DNA of 62,947 bases, the filler included, from Basidiobolus ranarum (Eukaryota): the NCBI GenBank assembly GCA_040143965.1. It is 5 parts of 5 records of this genome, joined end to end, with 100 filler letters (N's around TTAATTAATTAA, not from the genome) between each part and the next. Parts side by side here need not be neighbours in the genome. Positions count along the whole stretch, not along the records: positions 25,247 to 37,762 come from JASJQH010000538.1; positions 37,863 to 50,363 come from JASJQH010000539.1; 3 more parts are not named here. One strand, 5' to 3'. Shown piece after piece: positions 27,591-40,230 of this stretch. Position numbers and translations under genes: made by a program. Under the pieces are notes generated by a model, which made no database searches, was not told the origin of the DNA, and saw nothing but the letters and a program-made list of their open reading frames with translations. The stretch's first letter is position 1. Each line of letters opens with the position of its first letter.

Positions 27591-28721
27591 ATGCTTCAGA
27601 TAGAAAGTACACTTAACTTGGCCTTGAAAATCGATATCGAACCAAATCACAAGCAAGTTGAATTTGGGCTGTGCACTTGTTTTTGTAAGAGAATGGAAAA
27701 GGATTCCCCAGAAATCTTATTTTCCGGGAAGCAAAAACTAAAACAAAAAGAAACCATTCAGTCTTCTTACACAAACCAGGACAAAAGACCCTCTTTTGTG
27801 GTCTCTACTGACACCCGATCGAGTTCAAATTCATCTGAACAATTCCCACCTCACAATCTAACGAGTGCATATTCGGCACCACTAACTCACCTTTCCCTTT
27901 TACCCAGTAATAGAGAAAAAGATGGAAATATTATCTTCAAACATGCTTGCAAGTCGAACGATAGTATGGACTTGTCTACTGCCAATACTTTATCTTTTCC
28001 TATGGAGACTGATAGGATATTTATACCACCTATGGAGCCCAATATTTATGTAGGCCCACCAGAAAATTGGGAGAAAATTACAGGTCCTTTGCCGGTTAAC
28101 CCGTACAACTGTGAGATGAATTTACGCCGACCTTCAATAGTAGCGTCGCAACAGGATGAGCATGAAGATATACCTCGATCTGCTAGCGAAAATTCCATCA
28201 AAATAGCTCCAAATAAGAAAGGGTATCAGTCTGAGGAATTTGGTGAGTCTTCGTGCAGTACCGCTGCTAGCAAAGATACGTGGCGAATACTAGAGTTGGA
28301 GACTCTCAAATATGAACTGAATCAAGAGTTACAATCCCATAAAGATGATAAAGAAGAAGCGTCAGGTCCTCTGGATTCGGGAGAGTCATCGAATAGAGCT
28401 CAAACGAGAGGAAACTCGCCAATTCCTTCAGATACTGAGACGGACGAGAAAAAACACGTGTGTAAGCTATGTAGCCGTAGCTTTTCTCGACCAAGCGCGT
28501 TGAAAACCCATATGTATACTCACACTGGGGAGAAACCATTCACATGTACCTATCGTGGATGTGAGAAGCGATTTTCAGTGGAGTCGAATCTACGTCGACA
28601 CTATAGACTTCATTTGTCGCATGAACGCCATTTACATGAAAGGTTTTCTCACGATACGTACGACAAGAATGTGAATCCGCATCTTAGACAACCTCATGGC
28701 TTCTATCCCCCACCTTCATAG
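27591..28721 (+). CDS. C2H2 zinc-finger transcription factor (two fingers); true start may be 27693
   Basis: HVCKLCSRSFSRPSALKTHMYTH-TGEKPF-TCTYRGCEKRFSVESNLRRHYRLH after a long disordered N-terminus. Confidence 0.92.
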   Translation: MLQIESTLNLALKIDIEPNHKQVEFGLCTCFCKRMEKDSPEILFSGKQKLKQKETIQSSYTNQDKRPSFVVSTDTRSSSNSSEQFPPHNLTSAYSAPLTHLSLLPSNREKDGNIIFKHACKSNDSMDLSTANTLSFPMETDRIFIPPMEPNIYVGPPENWEKITGPLPVNPYNCEMNLRRPSIVASQQDEHEDIPRSASENSIKIAPNKKGYQSEEFGESSCSTAASKDTWRILELETLKYELNQELQSHKDDKEEASGPLDSGESSNRAQTRGNSPIPSDTETDEKKHVCKLCSRSFSRPSALKTHMYTHTGEKPFTCTYRGCEKRFSVESNLRRHYRLHLSHERHLHERFSHDTYDKNVNPHLRQPHGFYPPPS

Positions 28722-31700
28722 TCACGAACTACCAACTCCTTTGGCTAGAGTAGTCTCAACTTTACCATACTTGGATGCTGTTCATCTTGTAATGGATCCC
28801 TCATCAATGTAGTTTATTTCATTATGAAATGGAGTCTCTCCTGTTCATGGAAGTGATGCATGCTATTATCCACAAGCATGATATCGTATATAGTCCAGTA
28901 CTGCTTTAATATTTCACAAACCTTTCTAAATCTTCTTTGGAATCTTTGGCCATTGCAGTTCCTATCACGTCCATAATATTGTGCTCAAGTTCCATGTTCA
29001 TCTATTTGTTGTATTATAGCTCTGGTTTAGGCTCACACTAGCTTGGCTGTTTTCAAACCACCAAACAAAATATTGAATACCTCATTGATTCCTTACATTT
29101 TCCCAATTTTGTATCGATTTTGCTTTTCTTTCATATGTTTTCATTTCACTAATAACTATCTTCTGACAAGTTCATGTATGGGACGTTGTCTAAGTGTAAC
29201 CAATGAAGATTCACTATGTACCAATCTTTTGACTGTCCCCAAAATTGTGAATTACACGCGAGACCTTCAGTTTGCCACTGCCCCCTCCTATCCCAGGAAA
29301 AGTAATAGGGCATGGTGCGAGTCGAGGACGTCACATCGCACCTATGTACAGAGGGGGACTAATTTTCATCAGTTTGAGGAGTGACGCACCAGAGATCTTT
29401 CACTCTAACTTACTAACCCTAATTGTCGATTAACAATATCGGACATGTACAGTTGATGCGATTTTCTAGTTGAAGTATATTGGTTTCACTCAGGTGATTA
29501 GTTTCATCATTAATGCGGCTATGCACCAAAATCAATGAAGGCAGCTGATCTTTGAATGCCCTCGATTTCTGAAATTAATTAACCTGAATGTATGCATTCC
29601 ATGGACTTATGCACTCTCTCACTTGGATTATTCTGACCAACCTTCTATGTTTCTCTACCTACTGCGACCCTTCTACACTACTTATATATATATTTGCACC
29701 TTGTAGCACTATGACCTTCGAGCGTTCACGAGGTCTGTCGATAGCTTTATTGGCTGAAGAATATTCTTTATTATATTTGTAAGCTTAATCCACAAGGCTC
29801 CCAGGAGGCTGATGCTACTTACCGGTAGGTCAGAGAAATAACCATCTATAGAACACTTGGAGTGTTAGCCTGATAAGGCTGGAAGATCCGAGAATATGCC
29901 CTTTTCTGGCTTTCATATATGCCACAACAAAAATAAACCCATGGTGTTCTCTCGGAACATTCCTTTGATGTTCATAAAAACATTGAGAATCTAAACAACC
30001 CTAGGTACTAAATCCATTTTATTTCAAGTTCAATTCGTCCTTGGGGGAAAGAGGTATCCTTGATTCCCCCTGCCAATACCTGATATCATTTGACTGTGAA
30101 GAGAACCTTGGATATTTTCGAGCATGATTTCGGGTTAGAGATATTTGGAACGATTTGATCACAAAACGATATAGCCTTAGCACCTGCCACCTGTAAATAC
30201 TAGTGGTTTCAACGAGATCATCAGAAATCTAAGGTCGGCCTAGGCCAGAACCCGCTGTACAGGTTTTTAACTATCAAAAGCATCACCAAAGAGTGCATCG
30301 CATTCTCAGTAATGCCATCTCGATCGAAATGCTCAATCAATAGTAAACGTAGAGTTTTCGTGAATCCAGGATATATTAAAGTGGAATTTGATTGGGGTAT
30401 GTAACAAGCGAATATGAAACATTCGTACAGTATGTAATTCATATTGTGCTTTCTAAGGATGCTTAGATAAGCTAATACATAAGTATATCAATTACTATAG
30501 ATACAATCAACCAATGAGAGCGCTCTCATTGCCAATTTTTGTGGTCTTGCTTAATACGAAGCAACCAGGATTTGGCTGGTGCGTCGAATGTCAAACATAC
30601 TGAAAATAGACATAAACCAGTATTGACCAAGCTCAGCGGCTTCGGCTCATTCATATGGTATATGTCAAATAAAGGGGCGTTAAGGCAGGTGGAGTTTGTT
30701 CACGAGATAATTTGGGTACCTATTTTCACTCTTGAACCGGGCTCCATGGATTCAATTGAGTAATTGTGGTTATAGGGAGCTTACCATCCATACTATATTT
30801 AGGAAGACCAATCGTTTTCTAGGCGGAAGGTCAAGACCAAGAACATCAATCTTGATTTCTCTCCAACAAATGGTGATTAGATCTTCCTTTTTTTTCATTC
30901 ATTGTAGAACGTGATTGGTGTTCACGGTGACATGAATCCATACCAGGGGATGCATCGTAGTTTCATGGGGAACTCCATATTCTATAATCCCGTTTGCTCT
31001 GTAACTATTTTCGTAAGCATCGTTTTACATCCTACGGTCTATTGACGATACACCATACACCATGGGGCCTTCATAGATGAAGATCTCATAGTCGCTTTCA
31101 CGTCATGTCGCTTCCTTCACAAGGTGGTTACAGACTCTAGTGAAGCGAAGAAGCTATGCGGCAATTGGATGCACAATGAGATGTAAGCCTTGCAAGGCTT
31201 TTATCAACCAGCAAAGTACCAGATAAGATGGCAAATCTCACTACAAATATGGATATCTGTATCACTATGAAAAACGATTAATCGGTATCATTCCTCAAGC
31301 TATGGGTGCCTAATCAAGACGAGGGGATTAGACCAACGACTGCTTATTCGAGTAAAAATATCGATTCAAAATTTACCATGAACATACCTAGATTTTTACC
31401 TTAATCAATGAATCTTGATACATATACATCATACCTATTAGACAGGGCTATTCCAATGGATTTTTGCCACAGGACGTTAGAAAGAACTTTCCTATCTCAC
31501 CAGTAAGAGAAAAAAAAATAGTAAGGACGCATTTTATTAAGAATAATAGTAACTATCGCCAAAACCTTAAGAAGAGTAGTGTTGACAGTCTCAATATATG
31601 AAAAAGGTACTCTCTGCACTCTCAGTTACTCCATATGAAATATAATATGTAACTTGTCATGAAGGAGAGACGAAAACGACCCTTATAATCTACAAAAAGC

Positions 31701-34700
31701 ACTTAAGACCCTAGTACCACCAGTCATATACTAAAGGCTTCCTCATATTTAGAGAACAAGCGTCAGAAAATGTGAAAACCTTGACCAAAGTATGAGTAAA
31801 ATAGATACTGAATATACCTTTAAATCTTCAAGTAATACACACCTGTCGTATGGTCAGTATACCCTAAATAACACACGAATAATAATAGTGAGATATATAT
31901 CCACAGAGAAGGCTAGTATACATATTGTTTTGTTATGACTAAAGGTTGATAGTCCTCAGTTCAATATCGAATTTTAAATGATATGGATAGCAATATATAG
32001 AGTGACTATGGCTGGTATTGGACATAAGACACAATGGACCACCTAGTGTGAGCCAGAGTGCCTACTTCACTCGCACAGCGGTACTTAAGTTCCTCTACTA
32101 AAGTATCTTCGTCATTCCTTCATTTTAGATATTTATAGACCTCAAATACTCTTCTTATACTCTCCTCATTGTTAAATCCAAACACATCGGACCTTGCTAT
32201 TCTAGTATTACCCTGATTGATTAGCAACAATCTTTGAAGAGGATAGGATGCATCTATTTGTCTTCTAAACGACAAAAACAACGTATATATCGAGTATAAC
32301 ATATTTAAATATCTTTCTTGTCTTTGAATAATGCTATCTATATGCACTAATTTTATTTAATTCCCTTCTTAGTAAGCATTGCTTGTCGTTATGTGGCTAT
32401 TCATGATATAGCGCCAAAAAAGTGATCTATGTCTACTAGTTACGTAGATTCTACTATACGCATATGATACTTCGCTCGGTTCTTCGCTTGAATATAGAGC
32501 TAAATGATAAGAGATCTGGCAAGAGTGAAAAAACAACTAGGGATGTATCAGGTTAATATCGGCAGCCATGATAATACTTGGTCAAAGTAAGGTGATTTCT
32601 AATCTTATCCCATCATGTTACCATGGATGCCATATTAATCGAAACTAAAGAATTGATCGGTTACATGATCGCATCAAATCAAAGTACAAATGTGGTTCGG
32701 ATATTCCTCAAACCAAATCCATTCAATTCATATGCCTGTGTTCCATTCATAATGCTGTAAACATCCAAGAGGCAGTTTTTCCTGTAATAAGGAGATTCTG
32801 CACACAAACCCCTTCCAGCTGAATGGGTGAGTGTTAAATAGCCACTTTTATGGTTTAAACAAAATATATCCAAATACGACAATGTTATCAATCAGGCTAG
32901 CAGAACAATAACATGGTCTAGTAGTCATAGGTAAAGTCATTATTACATACACTATGTCAGCTATGTAAAGTTACAGGTACTCCTTTCGAAGTAGTATGGA
33001 TCTCTTTCGCATGACGTATAGGAGATCTATGACGTTGGCGATTTCTACCATCTACATCGTAGGCTTGGTAATTTGATGTGCATTTGTCAGCCGCGAATGA
33101 TTACATATCCAGTGAATTAATCTCGTATGGGATGCGTGTGCTGGACCATCGAAGCTGAATCTTGGCTTCAGCCTCACTATAAGATTAGAATTTATGCAGA
33201 TTATTATTGAGGTTACTCATCCACTCTAAATTGGGTTTTGTAGCCCACAATTTTCAATTCATGGGCGGCCAAGTGTGCTGAAGCTACTTTAAGAAATCCG
33301 ATTCTTTCTAGAAATTCATCAATGTAGTGCATTGCAAAGAAGAGGTTATGTGGTACAGAGGGAACAGTAGCTTACCATCTCTTAGTTACCTACCAGATGG
33401 TATCGTTCGGGGGAGAGTAGACTACAACAGATACAGAACGGAACGGATCAGAAGCAGACAATTTAGGGAAGTGAATTGCCTATCACAAATATTCGGGATT
33501 TCCCTATTATGTAGGTAACTAATCCCCATCAACACTTGGACACGTTGAAGCTCTAAGGGCCAACCGAATGGCTAGTATACAAAACACTCTAAACATAATA
33601 GGAAATGCTCCTTTGGACCGGTTTAACTAGCAAGTGATGTTCGCCCAGTGTATGTGTCTATAAGCAACAACAGTATTTAACCGTAAGCGAACCATTGGAT
33701 GTAAATTATCATTTGGGAAGCACACATGTCGAACAGAAGATCTAAGTGATACTCGTCAATACCGTCGCATAGAACTGCTGAAACATGACAACATCCCTAG
33801 TTGGTATTCCCCACATCGTCCTCCCAAGGACATGTAAGTCAAAGGAGACACTGATTCGATTTGAAACTGATTTTGGGATGGGCTTCAGACAACAACATAG
33901 GAAGGAATAGTCTCAATGGCGATAGATTGACACACCAATTTCTTCAGCGGATATTGTCCACTTCAACCATAAGCCTGCTTGGTGTGACACCATACCCCCG
34001 TTAAAAAGGGTATTAATAATGGATAGCAGCTCTCAGCTAAAGATAGGTGATCTTACTGAATGGAGATGAGTGGGGCAATAGACGGGTCCGATCCACCATT
34101 CGTTTCCTCATTCCAATCATCCCAATCATATTCCACAATTTGCCAACCTTTGTGGAGGAAATTTAATTAATCCTTCCAGGTTACAGACAAACTGCACTGG
34201 CATCGAAAAAGTACGGAATCAATGAGGATTCTCCGATTTACTTCTCAGATGTCTTGATGATGCGCCATATAGCTAGATAATCCCAAGACTCTACATGAGA
34301 GACTGAGGTATATCGGGATTGTCAACTGCCAGAAATAGAGGCTTTGTCCAAATCCAAGCATCGTGTCTAACTTACTAAACTGGATCTACTTTGTACAGTT
34401 TCAGCCACTTTACTCAAGTGAGCAAGCAAGAATTCCATATTCATATTCATGTTTGAGCTAGTACCAACTGACATCACACAGTGTGTCATTTGTATGAGTT
34501 GGTAGAGTGAATGAGATTCTGGTGGGTTCCAGTCTACAATATTCCGTAATCAATTCAATCGTCATGGTGTCAGTAGAGTGTGTAATCGTGGACCAACACA
34601 AGATCCTCATTGTGGGTATCTTACAAGGATAATCCTTTAAGCTGGTCGTCTTTAGGATCATGAAGGTGAGTGGTCGTATTCACGTGGAAGATAGCAACCA

Positions 34701-35244
34701 AGAGCATTCACCCCCTTCCACTTGTTTACCCCTTTAGAGCATGGCGGTGCGGTTCTCGTACTGGTGAACATGAATTTATGTTTAGTACTCTAACCAATTC
34801 AGGAATAGTACAATCGAAGTAATTCTCATGCCATTAAGCCCAATGAGCCATTCATTTTGTTCAGGAGTTCCATTCTATTGAAGTTATTAGAATTTAGGAA
34901 AATTCTCCTCTATTCACGCTTTGATGGTACTTATTGGTGCTTTCACATGAAAATAGATGTATTATCTGGCCAACATTTTGCATCTTCTATGGCCTCGTTG
35001 AGTTTCTGAGCTAGGACAGATTTTTCAAGTGGACAAAATAATCATTTAGCTGTTGGTTTCACAATGTATCTGAGCACTTGAAGTGTCTCATATTACTACT
35101 CTACCAAGTATTGCTCTTCAATGCTGATATCAATAGCAATATATAATATTAACGATAGATACACAACTATCTCATATGAAATCTGTTCCATTTGAGCAAA
35201 GACTAACCAACATTATATTTTAAAACATACATAATGTATTGTGA

Positions 35245-35410
35245 ATTAGATATTGAACTAAGATATCACCCATTATTCTCAATTGGAATTTACTTACAAG
35301 TTCTCAGATATATAGATTTTTCAACTTGTGTTAGCAGCCCTGGGCTTGGCACACATGTTTCTGGGACCTTCCTTAGCCCATTCTACAAATTAGTTTGTTT
35401 ATTGCTTGAT
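35245..35410 (+). mobile_element. Partial LTR copy, tail-to-tail with the copia 3' LTR
   Basis: ctaagatatcacccattattctc...aagttctcagatatatagattttt...ggcacacatgttt matches the internal part of the LTR family. Confidence 0.75.
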
Positions 35411-35436
35411 ATCACTCATTGATATCAAGAGCTATT

Positions 35437-35784
35437 TGTTAAAGTACTTGGGAGCCTGTTAAAAATGGTTTGGAGAATTAGAGAAAAATGGTGGTTTACA
35501 CCTATTGATTTTTTGAGTAGAAAGTTAACAGTGGTAGTTTTGTCAAGATGTAAGCAAGCTACCAAGTACAATGTGTTGTGAAACATCTCAGGAGCATGTG
35601 TGCAAAGTTTGGGGCCTCTAGCATATGTTTGAAAAATCTATACATCAGAGAGCTTGGAGTTGGTAAAAATATTCTAAATAAAATGCAATTGAGAACATTA
35701 GAAAATATCCTGGTGGAATGTAAGGTAACTAAGTACTAAGCTATATATGACTGAATAGATGTTTAGGCAATGCTACTTTTAACC
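35437..35784 (-). mobile_element. 3' LTR of the Ty1/copia element
   Basis: Starts right after the minus-strand polypurine tract TTGAGGGAGAG (35785-35795) and ends ...CTTTAACA; homologous to the solo LTRs at 8.8-10.8 kb. Confidence 0.85.
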
Positions 35785-37762
35785 CTCTCCCTCAACTAAA
35801 TAGTCATATAAACTAATCCTCAGGAAGGTCTAAATTTCTCAAATTTCTGTCTAGTTAATGGTCTGGTTAATATATCAGCAATCTTGTCTTCTATAGAACA
35901 ATAAGCTAAGTCTATAAGCTTATCCTCTATAAAGAGCAATAAGTTAAGTCAATAAACTTATTCTCTATAGTCTCTCTAATGAATTGATATCTAACATCTT
36001 TAAATTTGCTTCTATTATAAAAGGTAGGATTTTTAGTGAATTTGATATATATTTGATTATTTCAAAATATCATAGTGGGCAAGTTTTGAGAATAATCTAA
36101 ATCTGTTTAGAGATTTCTTAGTCATATTGCTTCTTTTGTTGCTTCACAGGCAGTCATGTCTTCTGCTTCTGTTGTAGAAGCTGATATGGTAGGTTGTCTC
36201 ATTGAATTCCAAGAAATAGCACCATTATAGCAAAGAAATAAGTATCCTGTGATAGACCACATGTCTTCAATATCTCCTCCCCAATTTGCATCTGAATATC
36301 ATATTAGATCAAAGTTTGATCCCAAATATGTGTATCTTAAGTACAGATCCATAGTAATTTTCAAATATCTGAAAATCACTTGACTGCTGTGATTTGATCG
36401 AATCCATAATTTTGAAGGTATTGGTACACAACTCCCACTAAATATGCAATATCTGGCCATGTTCCAACCATGATATACATCAAACTGCCAACCATAGATT
36501 GATAAGGAAATATAGGGCTATTGTTTGAATGCAAGAATGTCCGATTTGAGCCATTTTTAGTCAAACTGAGATTTGCCTCCATTGGGGTAGATGCTAGATT
36601 ACCATGTTCCATTTTAGCCTTGTTAGGTATATCTAGGATATACTTAGACTGGTTTAAAGTTATTGTTTTGTAGTACTATTTATCTCAATTTGGATTCCAA
36701 GATAATACATCAGTTCACCAAGATCAGTCATTTTGAATTTGACAGATATGATGGATTTTGTTCTCTCCAAAGTCTTTAAGTCATTGGTTGCTATAATAAG
36801 GTCATTTACATATATGGCTAATAAAACTGGGTTTGTCTTATCTGGCCTGAAGTAGATACTATAGTCAGCATTTCTCTTTTGGAATTTGAGTGTTTTCCAG
36901 AGTTTGCAAACTTTTTCAAGGTCTTCTGGGTCTACAAATCTGTTGAGCTGATCCATATAGATCTTCTCAGCAAGCTCATAATTCAAAAAAGCAATTTTGA
37001 TATCTATTCAATCTATAATGAACTGATATTTAGCTGAAATTACTGAAATCAATCTAATAGAATTAAACTTTGCTACAGGAGCAAAAGCCTGAGCATAATC
37101 TATTCCTAGTATTTAGGAATAGCCTCTGGCTATTAGTCTAGCCTGCTACCTTTCTATACTGCTACCAGAGTTGTATCAAACTTTAAACACCTATTGGGAG
37201 CCAATTGATTTTCTATCATCAGCTAAGTTGGTTAAATTCAAGTTTGAAAATCAATTAAAGCCTGGTACTCATAAGCATTGCAAATATTCTAAATTTGCAT
37301 GATGGCCATTCAGAGCCTCTTTTACAGTCTGAGGTTCATGTATTTGAGCTGTGTAGGCACAGGCTTAATTTTGTTACTAGTTGAGAATGTAATCAGAGCT
37401 ATTTCTGATCTAATTTGATCTCCTGTGTTGTATAAAGGTACTTCTACTTCAGGCATTGTATTGGGCACTTCAGTAGGCAGATTTTAGTTGAAGGGTCTGC
37501 AGGAATGCTGTTTTCTACATTGTGTTGGTGTGAATCAATTTGAACAATTGGATTGGGGGATAGTTGATTTATATCATCATATGAGGTCACTTTGGGCAAA
37601 TATTTTCTTTTCATTAAACAAAACATCACTGGACTTGATTAACTTCAAAATTTTGATGCATAGAGCCTATAGGCCTTAGTTTGAGTATAATAACCCACAA
37701 ATATGGATTTCTGACTTTTTTGATCACATTTAGACTGATTATTGGTCATAATTTTGACATAA
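35785..37762 (-). pseudogene. Decayed Ty1/copia pol (post-integrase linker, reverse transcriptase, RNase H), truncated by the contig end
   Basis: ARLIARGYS, FAPVAKFNSIR, AIYVNDLIIA (YVDD-like), MTDLGELMYYLGIQI, YQSMVGSLMYIMVGTWPDIAY, YSDANWGGD, STTEAE and ADILTRPL, with many stops and frameshifts. Confidence 0.93.
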
Positions 37763-37862
37763 NNNNNNNNNNNNNNNNNNNNNNNNNNNNNNNNNNNNNN
37801 NNNNNNTTAATTAATTAANNNNNNNNNNNNNNNNNNNNNNNNNNNNNNNNNNNNNNNNNNNN
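37763..37862. other. Artificial contig linker
   Basis: N44-TTAATTAATTAA-N44. Confidence 0.97.
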
Positions 37863-39624
37863 GCTTTGGCGCGTTTCTGGCAAGAAGTGGCACACTAAAC
37901 CCAGTCACTTCAAAAGGATTGTCAAAGGTATATTGGTAATATGTCAGATTTTGATATTGCTTATCTAATCCGAGAGAAAATCAAAAAATTAGATAATCGT
38001 CAATTTTCTATTGCCCTGCCTACTTTTCTCAAAGATGGTAACCAGTATAAATACAGAGAACTTGCCTCAAATGGGGTGAGTGTTCATTGATTCCAGACTC
38101 TATTTCAATGCACAACTAATTCAAATTTCAAGAATATTGGCATGCGTGGTACTGTTCTACATATTCCTTGGTGGTTTGTTTGGTTTGGGGTATAGATTCT
38201 TACTACCACTTCCAAAGAATTTTCGAAATGGGTTTGTTGGTAAGTTGCTCAAAACCATTTTTTAAAGATATTACTTAGTTATTGAGCCTCTTTATGTTTG
38301 AAGCTGCCTCTATCTGGGCCAATTGGGTATACTTTATTTTCGATAAGTTCGGCTATTTGTCCTCATTAATATTCAACCCATATAGGGAGATCTACCTTTG
38401 GCTGTCATGACATCAGTAGGAGATAGCCCTCCGTTTAAGCCAGGAGATAGCTCTATCGGTGTAGCTTACATGTCAGTCTTTATAGTGATGTTCAATCTTA
38501 GCCTATTTACTTTAGGGGGATACAAGTTAGTACAAAGTGACTATAGAGAAATAGAAATAGATGTAGAGGACCATATTGCTACACCAAATGGAGCAGAGGA
38601 TTTAGATGGGCTGTTTTCAGTAGAGGAAGAGGAGACAAATTCTTTAATTTGTATGCACGTACCTGCCAGAAATTACAAAAATGCACACATAGAGCCTAAT
38701 GGCATAGAAACATCAAAAAATCATTCTTTACAAGAAAAGTATTGCCTAAGAGGAGAATCAAGAGTGAATTTTCCGCAGACGGAGTGCTCCACATACATCT
38801 TCCCTGAAAGAAGGTCTGTCATACGACAACAATCGGAGCCAGTTTCAGTTCCCATGTACAGAAAAAACTCAAGTAGTAGTATCCCTACAATTTATTCAAA
38901 CGGTGACATTTTGAGCACCAAGAAAACTTGTACTTCTATCGCAAATTTCCATATAGTTGATGGAAAAGAAAGCCAAGATCCAAACGTCAGAAGCGATCCG
39001 ATACGTACTCGCACCACATTCGGTGATATCACCGACTTTGATAAGCCTAATCCAGAAAGAGTAACAAAGTTAAACACCCGTATTTACGATATTGTAGCAG
39101 TAATATTCTCACCTCCCAACGTAGCCATCATAACTGGAATTGCTATCGGTTTAATTGGATCATTGAAACACATGTGGGTTCGAGAGGGTAGTGATGATCA
39201 ACACGAGCCACCTCTGGAGTTCTTATTCCAGGTCATTTCAATGATAGGCGCCGCATATTTACCATTATCATTGGCTAATTTAGGAGGTGCTTTGGTAAAC
39301 ATTGATATCAGTGCTATACCATTGTACATTTCGCTTTCTTTTGTCGCCATCAAGTTAGTTGTCACTCCGGTTGTTGGTATCTTCACTGTTCAATTTTTGA
39401 CCTATTCGATACATTGGTTTCCGGTCGATGATAAACCTCTTCGATTTTTGGCAATGTTTGCATCGTGTGTACCCACCGCGACCTCGATAATGATTTTATC
39501 ACAATTCTTTAGCCCCACAGGTGAGGCTAAAGAGGTAGCTGCTCTGTTGGTACTTCAATATTTATTCGGAATGATCACCATGGTAGGTACACTAGCTTAT
39601 ATATTGAATCTTCTATCTGTCTAG
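37863..39624 (+). CDS. Auxin efflux carrier-family (Mem_trans; ECM3/PILS-like) transporter, 5' truncated
   Basis: Exons encode NFLLPCLLFSKM, WANW|GDLPL and GVAYMSVF; central hydrophilic loop; then SPPNVA, IGAAYLPLSLANLGGAL, KLVVTPVVG and CVPTAT. Confidence 0.88.
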
Positions 39625-40230
39625 AAAGTTTAGAAGAATAAATAGATTGGATACGCTCAAAATATAGTTGAGGACGTCTAATAAAAACTAAACAATAGAG
39701 ATATCATGAAGCTGTAATGTGTTTTCTTTCAATTGAAGTAACTTTGCGACGTTTCCTTTCTGCTACTGCTTGTGTTATTAGGTACTGGTGATGGTTTGGA
39801 TAACACTCTTATTCGGATAGATCTGGATTTGCTAAAATTCCATATATTTTCACACCATGTATACTACTCGTATTAAGCCTTAATTATCAAGATAGTGAAT
39901 AATAACTAGTTCGTCTTTATTATTCATACAAACCTCATTATCATACTAAACAGATGTCTTTTCAATGAATCAATTTGATTGTATGAACAGAAGCGGACAA
40001 ATCTAAGATCTAGAATATAGGATTTGAAATAGACCCATTAGTCACTCCAACATGTTAACTCGTAAATGTATATAAGAATATGGCCATTGATATTGAAAAA
40101 AGTACATATGAGTGTAGAAGTATTCAGGAATAGTAAAACGAATCAATGGCTAGTGTAGAAAAGCTACAAAGCTAAATAGCATTGATTTCTTAACAACAAA
40201 ATAAGGGAATGACTATTATGTATATAAGGC

